NCBI RefSeq assembly: GCF_009914755.1
Contig: NC_060928.1
Length of the DNA stretch: 64,000 nt
Reading direction: 5' to 3' (one strand)
DNA from: the human T2T-CHM13v2.0 reference genome, Homo sapiens
A model generated the notes under the pieces. The model was given only the letters and a program-made list of their open reading frames with translations, searched no databases and was not told the DNA's origin. The position numbers and the translations under genes are program-made. Each line of letters starts with the position of its first letter. Position 1 is the first letter of the stretch. This document shows positions 45,130 through 58,340 of the stretch, in pieces.

Positions 45130-45710
45130 CAACTGAACAGCTTGTGATCCTAACAAGTTCCTTAACTTCACGATACCTCAATTTTCTCATGTTAAAATCG
45201 GAATAGTAACAACACATCCCTGAAAAAGCTCACCTCAGCCTGTGCTGCTATAATAGAATACCATAATATGTGTGACTTAAATAACAAACATTTATTTCTC
45301 ACAGTTATAGAGGCTGCGAATTCCAAGAACAAGGTTTCAGCAGCTGAAGGTGTCTGGCATTTGGTGAGGGCCCTCTTCCTGGTTTGCAGATGAGTTTTAT
45401 CCTCACATGGCTGAGAGAGAAATTACCTCTCTTATATTTCTTCTTATAAGGGCATTAATCCCATTCATGAAGGCCCTACTCTCATGACTTAAATACCCTC
45501 TCAAAAGGTCCTACCTCTTAACACCATCACATTGGAGGTTAGGATTTCAGCATATGAATTTTGCGGAAACATAAACATTCATTTCATAACATGACTGTTG
45601 TAATATTTTACATGTGTAAAAGCTATTTAATGAGTAGGTAGATATTTCATGCTGAGAAAACAGTCTGTCAGGTAATAAACACTCAATAAGTGTCAGCTTT
45701 TATTGTTTTT
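45130..45710 (+). mobile_element. MIR split by an MLT1A LTR
   Basis: 5' part 'cttgtgatcctaacaagttccttaac...cctcaattttctcatg' before the LTR and 3' part 'aaacactcaataagtgtcagc' after it. Confidence 0.6.
45228..45591 (-). mobile_element. MLT1A0-like MaLR LTR
   Basis: 'gctgctataatagaatacca...aacatttatttctcacagtt...cttataagggcattaatcccattcatga...aaacattcatttcataaca'. Confidence 0.88.
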
Positions 45711-45954
45711 ATCCTGTCCACTGAAGTTCACTTCTCTAGAAAGGAGGGAATCTTGTAAGACAATGACCGTTATTTGACTTAGTTTCTCTACTGAACAACG
45801 TGTGTTAAACAATAGACTAGTGTTCACATTCATATCTTTCTGCTTCTCTTCTCCTCCCCCTCTTTAAAAATATCTCTGTCTCCAAATTTCTTGTCACAGA
45901 ACAACTATGCTCAGTATGATCACCTCTTCACCGCTCTGCATTCATGCAGTAAGA

Positions 45955-45992
<38 letters not shown>

Positions 45993-46249
45993 GAGACAAA
46001 TTCTGGCTCTATTGCCCAGGCTGGAGTGCAGTGGCTCCTGGGCTCAAGCCATCCTCTCACCTCAGCCTCCCAAGTAGCTGGGACTAAAATTGGGCACCAC
46101 CATGCCCAGCTAAAAATTTTTTTTTTTTTTGTAGAGATGGGTTTTCACCATGCTGGCCAGGCTAGTCTGGAACTTGTGAGCTCAAGCGATCCACCAGCCT
46201 CAGCTTCCCAATGTGCTGTGATTACAGGTGTGAGCCTCCGCATCTGGCC
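45955..46249 (-). mobile_element. AluJ with a (TTA)n tail and a deletion in the right arm
   Basis: (TTA)n then gagac...ctcctgggctcaagccatcctc; degenerate TSD attcatgcagtaag/attcattctgtaag. Confidence 0.9.
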
Positions 46250-47184
46250 TATTCATTCTGTAAGCTTTCTGAGACATTAACACCAATATCTAAGCATTTA
46301 AAAAGTAAAAGCAAATTTTTCTTCTCTATTATATTACAAACACCCAGTGCATAATATAGTTTATACACACATTGACATTGTTAACCAAGGAAAATAGTAG
46401 ATAATTTCTGTTTTCTAGGGAAGTGTAGGGAAAAAAATGACAGGAAAACAAAAAATTTTGGTTTTAGCCTTGTCAGTATTTCACATACACTGTGCCAATT
46501 TTTCAGAAACCAGAACCTAAAAATATAAACAATTTAGAGCTGTCTCCCATCATGAAATTACTCATAGAATATAGTTCTGGGATCATAGAAATATCTATTT
46601 TGAATATTGCTTTTTGCTTAACAGAATTAGAGACATCCTATGATTCTAACAATTGTTAGAATTTGCTGTGGTAATAGCAACTATTCAGTGGATCTTATGT
46701 AATGCTTCTGTTTTCCCTTCAAAGTTATTGAGCCATAGCCTCTTTCTCTCTGAACCGTATATCACACTCATTATCTCGAGTGAAAACTGTGTGTAATTCT
46801 AGTGATGTCATGGACTCCACATTCATATTCACCCCACGTTCACTCCAGAAAACTGAGTAGGTTTCCAGAAGTGGTACAAGGTGGCACTATAAGAAAAGGT
46901 TTTTGCTTTGTATGCTCCATAGGGTCAGGCTCCTGCTCTTTCTGTACTTTCCTTTTTATATACTACCCCTCACATTTTCAGCTGTTTCACAGTGACACCG
47001 TGCTGACATATTGCTGCTAAGATTCTTATTTTCTGTAAAATGGTTCCTAATAATGTATTCCCATGTCTCAACATTTTCTGAGCTGGAGAATTGCCCTGTG
47101 AAGACCATTGGACTGAAAAAAAAAACCTCTTAAGACTTAAAAATATAGTGGAACCAAGGGCCCAGTAAGAAACAACATATCTTC

Positions 47185-47880
47185 AGTAGATAGAAAACTT
47201 TTTCACAAAGAGAACTTTAGGCCCAGATGGCCTCACTAGTAAATTCAACCAAACATTTAAGAAAGAAGTAATATCAATTTCATACAAACTATTCCAGAAA
47301 GTTAGACACATAAATTATGTCTCCATTTATTATATAAGCCCAGGAATACCCTGACACCAATAGTATAAAAGCATGACACTAAAGGAAATAAAACTTACAA
47401 CACAGTATTGCTCATGAAAAAACTATAAAAATTCCACATAGAAATGTAGCAAATTGACTCCACCAATACCAAACATAACAACACATGGTTACCGAAAGGT
47501 GGTTTCTCCAAGCTGGGTTAACCCTTATAAAATCAATTAATTCACTGTATTAAATTTTAAAAGCAAGACTATAAGACCATCTCAATAAATAGATACAAAA
47601 GATTTGACAAAACCTATACCCATTTCTGATAGAAATCCTCAAAATACAAGAAAAAAAATGAAAAAAAAAACATAAGGATGATCTCAACCTGATAAAGGGC
47701 ATCTACGAAATAAAAAAACGGTATACCTGACAGGAAAAACTTAATGCTTTACTCTTGCAATATGGAAGAAATGGTGTTTTACTGTGATCACTTTTATTTA
47801 TATTTTACCGGAGATTCTAGTCAATACAAAAAAGTGAGAAAAATAATTAAAAGGCATCCAAATAAGAAAGAATCTGGATT
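47185..47880 (+). mobile_element. Ancient L1M ORF2 (RT) fragment
   Basis: 'aggcccagatggcctcactagtaaattcaaccaaacatttaagaaaga...caacctgataaagggcatctac'. Confidence 0.8.
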
Positions 47881-49749
47881 ACTATCCTGTATCTATTATT
47901 TCCACAACCTGATTCTACAAAGGTGTGGCCACTCTCTTCCAAGATATAATTTATATGCCCTGATAGGGTAGTAAACAAAAGAATAATATGCTGAAGTTTT
48001 TGTCTCTGTTCTCTGTCTGGAAAATTATTCTAGCATGTTACTTTTTATTACTTCTATTAGATTATCAAGAAAAGACAAGCTCTTAATGTCACAATAGAAT
48101 GGGGTTTTGGTGGATAGATTGTAATTACATGTCATTATTTTCAATCATCTCAAATATAAATGGAGTTAAAGTGTATGTAATTATTTGGAAGCAATTCTTG
48201 TAATAGTCCAAGAAATTTGACCACTTGTAATTGCTCTTTTTCTCTATTCAGTTTATGTTGTCTGAATCTTACCTCTAACAGCCTTGAACATGAGGGTCAA
48301 TATTTTTATTTGAATACTTAAAAAAGTAAATAATTCAGCATGGGACCAGTGTGTGCTAGTTTAACACAACTGAATCCAAATGAAATAAAAGTCTCAACTT
48401 GCTCTAATCTCCTCTTTGTCATCCTGTCTGTCTTTCTCCTGCCTACTCCATTTATTAGCCAATATGAGAACTGTAAGATATTTTATTAAAGATGTCCCAT
48501 TAACATAGAAATATACAAAGAAGAGTATTTGATACTTTGATTTTTATGAGTTTTTCTAATTTCTGCCTTAGCATTTCATGTAATTTTAAATTGCAAACAT
48601 TATTCATCAAACCTGGAAGTTTTAATTTCCTGATTGAAGAGCTATCCTCTAGATCCTGTTCATAACTTTCATATTTAACCAACACACATTTACACTAATT
48701 TTGTCAGAATTTAATCACTTTATGAGCAATATTACAATATCCTTGATCTTTGATTCAGATATTATTACTTTCAAATTTATGAAACTTATATAAATGAAAT
48801 TTAATTACCTTTAATATTAACCATTTATGTCTCAACATTCTTTATCTAAGACAGACTATCAATTATTTAACATTAATTCAAGCTAATCTAATATGTGTTT
48901 CTGGTATTTCTTCTATCTACTTCTCCTGCTTTAACATTCATATCACATGTACATTTAGCATTCATATCACACGATTATTTTGCCCAGGAATTAGGAGTTC
49001 AGTTACTTTTTCAGATTTTTTTCTTTTTATGTAAAAATTGTTACACTAGTTGATAAAATCATTCATCTGAGAAAAATAATATGAGAAATATGCTTTGAAA
49101 TATGCATTTTAAATGCTCATAGCTTAAAACTGAAAAGCATATGTATATATAAAACACTGAACTTGTTATATTTTGTTAAGTTTGGACATACATATCTCAA
49201 TGTCATATATAAAATCCAGATTATTATTCTAAATCACTTTCATTGTGTAATTGTTGAACCAATGTCAAGAAAGTCGGGTTTTTCTATGTGCTATATAGTC
49301 TATATTAATTACTACTAAAATGATTAAATAAAATGTATAATAAATAATGTCCCACTCTAGAAAAAAAGAGGTATAAATAATTCCTTTCTTTTCCATATGG
49401 ATCAAACTACTGAGTGCCAAATAGAAGTTGGAGATTACATCCAGTGCATTACATTTTGACTTTTAAGACATAAACCTTGAACTGTGAACTAAGATTTACC
49501 AAAATATGTTGACTAACACAATTTGTGATAATTTTCTAGTAAGATGGAATTGAAGTGATTAATACATTATGAAATTATCATCAACAAGCAAAAATTAGTC
49601 CTAACTCATCTGTTTATTGATAATTTTATCATTGATTTTTGGAGAAGAAAAATCTAACACTTTAAATTCAGAAATTTTATTTCTTAAAGCATTTAGACCC
49701 TTGAAAATAAAGACACAAATCCACATCCACATTTAAAAATACTTTAGAT

Positions 49750-49894
49750 ACATTCCAAAATGGCCAACTACACACAGCCAGGAAGAACTTCTACAACCGA
49801 GACAGACCTGAATACTTAGTAACTGGCATAACCCAAACAGACCATCTGAGAGAATACACTGAGAGAGGTTAGAGAGATGACCCAGATGCTGGGA
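49750..49894 (+). mobile_element. L1PA15/16-type 5' UTR start, about 140 bp
   Basis: 'caaaatggccaactacacacagccaggaagaac...cagatgctggga' resembles the L1P4/L1PA16 5' terminus. Confidence 0.6.
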
Positions 49895-50667
49895 CATACA
49901 AAACAATAGAAAAGATAAATGAAACAAAAAGCTAGCTGTTTGAAAAGATAAATAAAATTGATATACCATTAGGAAGATTAGCCAAGAAAAAAAGACCCAA
50001 ATAAGCTCAATTAGAAATGAAATGGGAGATACTAAAACTGATACCACAGAAATACAAAAGATCATTCTAGGCTACTAAGAACACCTTTATGCACATAAAC
50101 TAAAATGCCTAGAGGAGATAAATACATTTCTGATAGATTAAACCAGGAAGAAATAAAAACTCTGAACAGAAAATAATGAGCAGCAAGATTGAAATGGTAA
50201 TTAAAAAATTGCTAACAAAAAAAAGTTCAGGACCAGATGAATTCACAGCTGAATTCTATCAGACATTTAAAAAATTGGTACCAATCCTTTTGACACTATT
50301 CAACATGATAGAGAAAGAGGGAATCCTCCCTAAATCATTCTCTGAAGCTAGTATCACCCTAATACCCAAACCAGGAAAAGATATAAGGAAAAAAAACAAA
50401 ATTACAGAACAATATCCATTACGAACGTAGATGCAAAAATATTCAACAAACTACTAGCTAACTGAATCCAACAGCATATCAAAAAGATAATCCACCATGA
50501 TCCAGTGTGTTTCATACCAGGGATGCAGGGATGGTTTAACATACGCAAGTCAATAAATGTGTTACACCACATAAACAGAATTAAAAACAAAAATCACATG
50601 ATCATCTCAATAGACACAGAAAAAGCATTTGACAAAAATCCAGCATCCCCTAATGAGTAAAAGCCTC

Positions 50668-51000
<333 letters not shown>

Positions 51001-52340
51001 TCAACCTTATACTGAACAGGGAAAAGATAAAAACAAGACAAGGATACCCACTTTCACCCTTCTATTTAACATAGTACTGGAAGTCCTTGCCAGAGCAATC
51101 AAACAAGAGAAAGAAATAAAGGGCATCCATATATGTATTCAGATGGTAGAAAGGAAGTAAACTGTAAAAAGAAAGAGGTAAAGAGGAAGTGAAACTGTTG
51201 CTGTTTGCTGATGATATGACTGTATACCAAGAAAACCCTAAAAACTCATCCAAAAAGCTCCTAGAACTGATAAACAAATTCAAACAAAATTAATGTACAC
51301 AAATCAGTAGCACTGCTATACATCAACAACGACAAAGCTGAGAATCAAATCAAGAACTCAACCCTTTTTACAATAGCTGCAAAAAAATGAAATGTTTAGA
51401 AATATACCTAACCAAGGAGGGGAAAGACCTCTACAAGGAAAACTACAAAACACTGCTGAAAGAAATCATAGATGACATAAACAAATAGAAACACATCCCA
51501 TGCCCATGGATGGGTAGAATCAATATTTTGAAATGACAATACTGCCAAAAGCAATCTACAAATTCAATGCAATCCCCTTAAAAATACTGCCATAATTCTT
51601 CACAAAATTAGAAAAAGCATTTCTAAAATTCATATGGAACCAAAAAAGAACCCGCAAAGCCAAAGCAAGACTAAGCAAAAAGAATAAATCTGGAGGCATC
51701 ACATTACCCAATTACACAGCTTCAAACTATAAGCCCATAGTCACCAAAACAGCATGGTACTGGTATAAAAATAGGCACATAGACCAACGGAACATAATAG
51801 AAAACCCAGAAAGAATGCCAAATGCTTACAGCCAACTGATCTTCAGCAAAGCAAACAAAAACGTAAAGTGAGGAAAGGATACTCTATTCAACAAATGTTG
51901 CTGGGATAACTGGCAAGCCACATGTAGAAGAATGAAACTGGATCCTCATCTCTCACCTTATACAAAAGTCAAGTCAAGATGGATCAAAGGCTTAAATCTA
52001 AGATCTGAAACCATAAAAATTATAGAAGATAACATTGGTAAAACCGTTCTAGACATTGGCTTAGGCAAAGACTTCATGACCAAGACCCCAAAAGCAAATT
52101 CAACAAAAACAAAAACAAATAGATGGGGTTTAATTACACTAAAAAGCTTCTGTGAGCAAAAGAAACAATCAGCAGGGTAAACAGATAACCCACAAAGTGG
52201 GAGAAAATCTTTGCAGTCTATATATCCAACAAAGGACTAATATCCAGAATCTACAAAGAACTCAAATAAATCAGTAAGACAAACGATCCCATCAAAAAGG
52301 CTAAAGACATGAATAAACAATTCTCAAAAGAAAATATACA

Positions 52341-53154
52341 GTGGAGCATTGAAGTCCCTCACTATTATTGTGTTGCTATCTCATTTCTTAGGTCTATTAG
52401 TAATAGTTTTATGAATTTGGGAGCTCCAGTGTTACGTGCATATATGTTTATGATTGTGATTTTTTCTTGTTGGACAAGGCCTTTTACCATTATATAATGT
52501 CCCTCTTTGTCTCTTTTAACTGCTGTTGCTTTTAAAATTGTTTTGTCTAAGAATAGCTACCTCTCCTTGCATTTGGTGTCCATTTGTATGAAATGCCTTT
52601 TTCCACCCCTTTACTTTAAGTTTATGTGAGTTCTTACATGTTAGGTGAGTCTCCTGAAGATAACAGATGGTTGGTGAACTTTTATCCATTCTGCAGTTCT
52701 GTAGTTTTAGCCGTGCATTTAGGCCATTTACATGCAATGTTAGTATGAAATGTGAGGTACTATTGCATTCATCATGCTTTTTGTTGCCTGTGTACTTTTT
52801 TTTTGTTTTTTGTTTTGTTTTGTTCTTGCTTTTTAACATGTATTTTATTTTATAGGTCTTGTGTGATTTATGCTTTAAAGAGGTTCTGTTTTGATGTGTT
52901 TATAGGATTTGCTTCAATATTTAGAGCTCCTTTTAGCAGTTCTTGTAGTGGTGGTATGGTAATGGTGAGTTCTCTCAGCACTTGTTTGTCTGAAAACAAC
53001 TGTATCTTTCCTCCATATGGGCTAAGCGTGTCTTAGCTCAGACTCTCCTTGGGCTGGTCTTGCTCCTGCTGCTGTGTGGGATGGGGGTGAGATTCCCACA
53101 TTAGGTAACTGGAGTTGTGTACCTAGAATGATTATGGCTGTCTCTGCTGAGTCA
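52341..53154 (-). mobile_element. Inverted 5' segment of an L1PB1-like insertion (ORF2 EN start, inter-ORF, ORF1 end, 5' UTR piece)
   Basis: Minus-strand ORF 52516-52839 contains LTLHVNGLNA...LQETHL...KLKVKGWKK (endonuclease N-terminus). Confidence 0.88.
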
Positions 53155-55844
53155 CAAAATCCAATGACATATCAAAAATATAAGCCACCATGATCAAGTG
53201 GGTTTCATGCCAGGGATACAGGGATGGTTTAACATATGCAAGTCAGTAAATGTGACACACCACATAAACAGAATTAAAAGCAAAAATCACATGATAGTCT
53301 CAATAGATGCGGAAAAAGCATTTGACAAAATCCAGCATCGCTCTATGATTAAAACTCTCAGCAAAACAGACATACAAGGGACATAACTTAGTGTAATAAA
53401 AGTCACCTGTGACAAACCCACAGACAACATAATACTAAATGGGGAAAAGTTGAAAGCATTCCCTCTGAGAACTGGAACAAGACAAGGATGTCCACTCTCA
53501 CCACTCCTCTTCAACATAGTACTGGAAGTCCTAGCCAGAGCAATCAGACAAGAGAAAGAAATAAAGGGCATCCAAATCATTAAAAAGGAAGTCAAAGTGT
53601 CACTGTCTGCTGATGATATGATTGTTTACCTTGAAAACCCTAAGGACACCTCCAGAAAGCTTTTAGAACTGATAAACAAATTCAGCAGTTTCTGGATACA
53701 AGACTAATGTACACAAATCAGTAGCTCTTCTATATAAGAACAAGGACCAAGCTGAGAATCACATCAAGAACTCAACCCCTTTCACAATAGCTGCAAAAAA
53801 ATTAAAATACTTAGGAATATGCCTAACCAAGGAGATGAAAGACCTCTACAAGGGGAAACTACAAAACACTGCTGAAAGAAATCATAGATGACACAAACAA
53901 ATGGAAACACATCCCATGCTCATGGATGGGTAGAGTCAATATTGTGAAAATGACTAAACTGCCAAAAGTAATCTACAAATTCAATGCAATCCCCATCAAA
54001 ATACCACCATCATTCTTCACAGAATTAGGAAAAACAATTCTAAAATTTATATGGAACCAAAAAAGAGCCTGCATAGCCAAAGCAAGACTAAACAAAAAAA
54101 CAAACAAACAAAAAATCTGGAGGCATCACATTATCTGATTTCAAACTATCCCATAGGGCCATAGTCACCAAAATAGCATGATACTGATATAAAAATAGGC
54201 ACATAGGCCAATGGAACAGAATAGAGAACCCAGAAATAAACCTAAATACTTACAGTCAATTGATCTTTGATAAAGCAAACAAATACATAAAGTGGGAAAA
54301 GGACACTCTTTTCAACAAATGGTGCTAGGATAATTGGCTAGCCACATGTAGAAGAATGAAACTGGTCCCTCATCTCTCACCATATACAAAAATCAACTCA
54401 AGATGGATTAAGGACTGAAACCTAAGACTTGAAACTATAAAAATTCTAGACAATAACATTGGAAACAGCCTTCTAGACATTGGCTTAGGCAAGGATTTCA
54501 TGACTAAGAACCCAAAAGCAAATGCAACAAAAACAAAGGTAAAAAGCTAGGACCTAATTAAACTAAAGAGCTTTTGCATGGCAAAAGCAGCAGTCAGCAG
54601 AGTAAACAAACAACCCAAAGAAGGGTAGAAAATCTTCACAATCTATACATCTGAGAAAGGACTAATATCCAGAGTCTACAACAAACTCAAACAAATCGGT
54701 AAGAAAAAAAACATCTCATCCAAAAGTTGGCTAAGGACACGAACAGACAATCTGCAAAAGAAGATATACAAATGGCCAACAAACACATAAAAAAAATGCT
54801 CAACACCACTAATGATCAGGGAAATGCAAATCAAAACCACAATGTGGCACCGGAAGCAGTGGCTCACGCCTGTAAGTCCAGCACTTTGGGAGACCGAGGC
54901 AGGTGGATCACCTGAGGTTGGGAATTTGAGACCAGCCTGGCCAACATGATGAAACCCCATCTCTACTAAAAATACAAAATTAGCCGGGTGTGGTGGGACA
55001 TGCCTGTAATCCCAGCTACTGGGGAGGCTGAGGCAGGAGAATTGTTTGAACCCGGGAGGCGATTGCACTCCACCCTGGGCAAAAATAGCAAAACTCTGCC
55101 TCAAAAAAACAAAAACAAAAACAAAAAACAAAACCACAATGTGATACCACCTTACTCCTTTAAGAATGGCCATAATCAAAAAATCAAAAAACAGTAGATG
55201 TTGGCGTGGATGCAGTGATCAGGGAACACTTCTACACTGCTGGTGGAAATGTAAATTAGTACAGCCACTATAAAAAACAGTGTGGAGATTCCTTAAAAAA
55301 CTAAAAGTGGAACTACCACTTAATCCAGCAATCCCAATACTGGGTATTTACCAAGAGGAAAAGAAGTCATTATTTGAAAAAGATACTTGTACACCCATGT
55401 TTATAGTGGCACAATTCACAATAGGAAAATCATTGAACCAACCCATATGCCCATCAATCAATGAGTGGATAAAGGAACCTTGGTATATATATACAATGGA
55501 ATACTATGCAGTCATAACAAAGAATGAATTAACAGCATTTGCAGTGACCCAGATGAGATTGGAGACTATTATTCTAAGTGAAGTAACTAAGGAATGGAAA
55601 ATCAAACATCGTATGTTTTCACTGATATGTGGCAGCTAAGCTATGAGGATGCAAAGGAATAAGGACAATACAACGGACTTTGGGGACTTGGGTGGGAGAG
55701 TGGGAGGGTGGTGAGGGATAAAAGACTACAAATATGGTGCAGTAAGGTAGGGTGCACCAAAATATCACAAATCACCGCTAAAGAACTTACTCATGTAACC
55801 AAATGCAACCTGTACCCCCAATAACTTATGGGAAAAAAATAAAA
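53155..55844 (+). mobile_element. Forward 3' segment of the L1PB1-like insertion (RT to 3' UTR)
   Basis: [28 protein letters not shown] fragments; L1PB1-type end ctgtacccccaataacttatgggaaaaaaataaaa. Confidence 0.92.
54847..55128 (+). mobile_element. AluSp/Sq-like element with a right-arm deletion and (CAAAAA)n tail
   Basis: Perfect 15-bp TSD caaaaccacaatgtg (54832-46, 55129-43). Confidence 0.94.
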
Positions 55845-56321
55845 TGATTAGTTTTATGGTTATGTGAATCTCACCTCAATAAAAAGCTTTAATTTAAAAA
55901 CTTAAGGTGCTATACATATAAAAGCAATTAAAATAATGACATTTATTTCCATGTGGATAGTGTCAGGAAAAAAGAGGAAAAAATAATGACATAGCTACCC
56001 AGGTACTCAATATCATATTACCTTAGAAGCCTTTCCCAATACACACAGCACTTCCTCTATACAAAAATACCACTGCCCTAAATTTTGTAGTTTCTTGCTT
56101 CTATTTAACTTTTTAGCTATGTTTGTATCCTTAAATAATACCTAGTTTTGCCTGTTTTTGAATTTCATATAAAAGATCATTTTATGTTTTCTTTTATGAC
56201 TTGCTTTTTCAGTTAACATTATGTTTCTGAGATTCATCCATGTTGGCCCATGTAACAATAAATTATTCATTTCACTGCTGTATGTGCTTCATTGTTTAAA
56301 TAAACCACAATTTTATTTAAA
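55845..56321 (+). other. Probable L1 3'-transduced flank containing old L1ME-like fragments
   Basis: Lies between the L1PB1 3' end and the second TSD copy (56322-36); AATAAA at 56299-304 with an A run from 56319. Confidence 0.8.
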
Positions 56322-57795
56322 AAAAGAAAATATACAAATGGCCAACAAACATATGAAAAACGCTCAATATCACTAATGATCAGGGAAATGCAAAACAAAA
56401 CCACAATGTGATACCACCTCACTCCTGCAAGAATGACCATAATAAAAAAATAAAATAAAATAATAGATGTTGGCATGGATGTGATCAAAAGAGAACACTA
56501 TAATCTTGCTGGTGGGAATGTAAACTAGTACAACCACTATGGAAAAAGTGTGGAGAGTCCTTAAAGAAATAAAAGTACATCTACCATTTGATCCAGAAAT
56601 GCCACTCCTGAGTATTTACCCAGAAGAAAATAAGTCATTGTACAGAAAACATACTTGCACATGCATATTTATAGCAACACCTTTCACAATTGCAAAAATA
56701 TGGAACCAGTCTAAATGCCCATCAATCAACATGTGGATAAAGAAAATGTGATTATATATGTATACATACACCATGGAATACTACTCAGCCATAAAAAGGA
56801 ACAAAATAATAGCATTCACAGCAACCTGGATGGAATTGGAAACTATTATTCTAAGTGAAGTAACTCAGGAATGGAAAACTAAACATCATATGTCGCCACT
56901 TTATAAGTGGGAGCTAAGCTATGAGGATGCAAATGCATAAGAATGATACAATGGACTTTGCATACTCAGGGTAAAGGGTGGCGGGGTTGGGGAGGATAAA
57001 AGACTCTACATTGGGTACAGTGATGGGTGCACCAAAATCTCAGAAATAACTACTAAATAACTTATTCATGTAACCAAACACCACCTGTTCCCCCAAAAGC
57101 TATTGAAATAAAAAAAATATTTTTTTAAAGAAAATGAACAAAACCTTTGAGAAACATGGGATTATATAAAGAGACAAAAATCTATGACTTACTGGCATTT
57201 CAGAGAGAGCAGAGACAAAACAACCAACTTAGAAAATATATTTGAAGATCTAATCCACGAAAATATTCCCAATTTTGCTAGAGAGTTCGACATGCAAATT
57301 CAAGAAATTCAGAGAACTCTTGTGAGATACTATGCAAGATTACCATCCCCAAGGCACTTAATCATCAGATTCTCCAAGGTCAACATGAAAGAATAAATCT
57401 TTAAGGGAGCTAGAGAGGAAGAGTTCACTGACAAAGGGAACCCCATCAGACTAACAGTGGACCATTCAACAGAAATCTTACAAGCCAGAAGTGATTGGGG
57501 GTCTACATTCACCATCTTTGAAGGAAATAAATTCCAATCAATAATTTGATATCCTACAAAGCTAAGCTTCTTAAGCACAGGAGAAATAAAATCCTTTTCA
57601 GACAAGCAAAAACCAAGTGACCTGCCTTACCAGAGCTACTAAAGGGAGTTTTTAACATAGAAATGAAAGAATGGTATCTGCTGCCACAAAAGAACACTTA
57701 AGCACCTACCCTAGTACTGTAAAGCAACTATACAATCAAGTCTACATAACAACCAACTAACAGAATGATGACAGGATCAAATTCTCACTTATCAA

Positions 57796-58340
57796 TGTGG
57801 GAGTTCAGTCAGGTTGGTGGGAAAAATTTTAAGATGAAGTTATAGGATATAGACACAAATCTTCTTGGAAGGCCAGAAGGTTTTGCAAAAGTCTCAGGAT
57901 AGGGTTATGGCTGAAAGCAGCCTAATCCTTACCTTGAGTAAATAGCTTAAAGTAGGTACAAAGGAATGTAGAGTAGTTTATCTAAATAGCCTATTTACTC
58001 AAGCTAAGACCAACCTTTGATCAACCGTGGGTGCATAATTGCTCTCTACTGGGTGGTGAGTGGGGGTGGGGGGGAGTGGGGGTGGGGTGGCGGGGGTGGT
58101 GGTCGGCAACCAGGTCAATTACCCTCTAGTGGAGTTTACTCAAGATGTTTGTCATTTAATCTATACTGAATAAATGTGAGCTTTGATGGCTGAATGGACC
58201 TTGGCTGCTACACTTTACAGCACCTTCCTTGGTGTCTGTGAGGGACCCGGACACTTAGCTGGACTGACAGGCAGAATATCTGTGTCAGTGTATGTTATTC
58301 ATTCGTCATTGGGTCACAGTCTGTGGGACGGACCCCTGCA
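57796..58340 (+). mobile_element. LTR22 solo LTR (HERV-K22/HML-5)
   Basis: tgtgggagttcagtcaggttggtgggaaaa...gtctgtgggacggacccctgca; TG...CA ends; perfect 6-bp TSD tatcaa. Confidence 0.9.

Noticed and set aside
45891-46280. 129-aa ORF with a poly-Leu stretch resembling a signal or TM segment
   Set aside because: Translation of the (TTA)n tail and antisense AluJ.
48930-48973. Short tandem duplication (cattcatatcaca twice); a similar one lies at about 20820-20858
   Set aside because: Two-copy slippage duplications with no spacer-array structure, so not CRISPR-like.
51129-51200. About 45-bp insert in L1PB ORF2 with partial duplication (ggtagaaaggaagtaaactgt / ggtaaagaggaagtgaaactgt)
   Set aside because: Looks like a small repair or duplication scar; too short to assign a source.
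54676-55179. 167-aa minus-strand ORF
   Set aside because: Antisense Alu plus L1 sequence; a common artefact.
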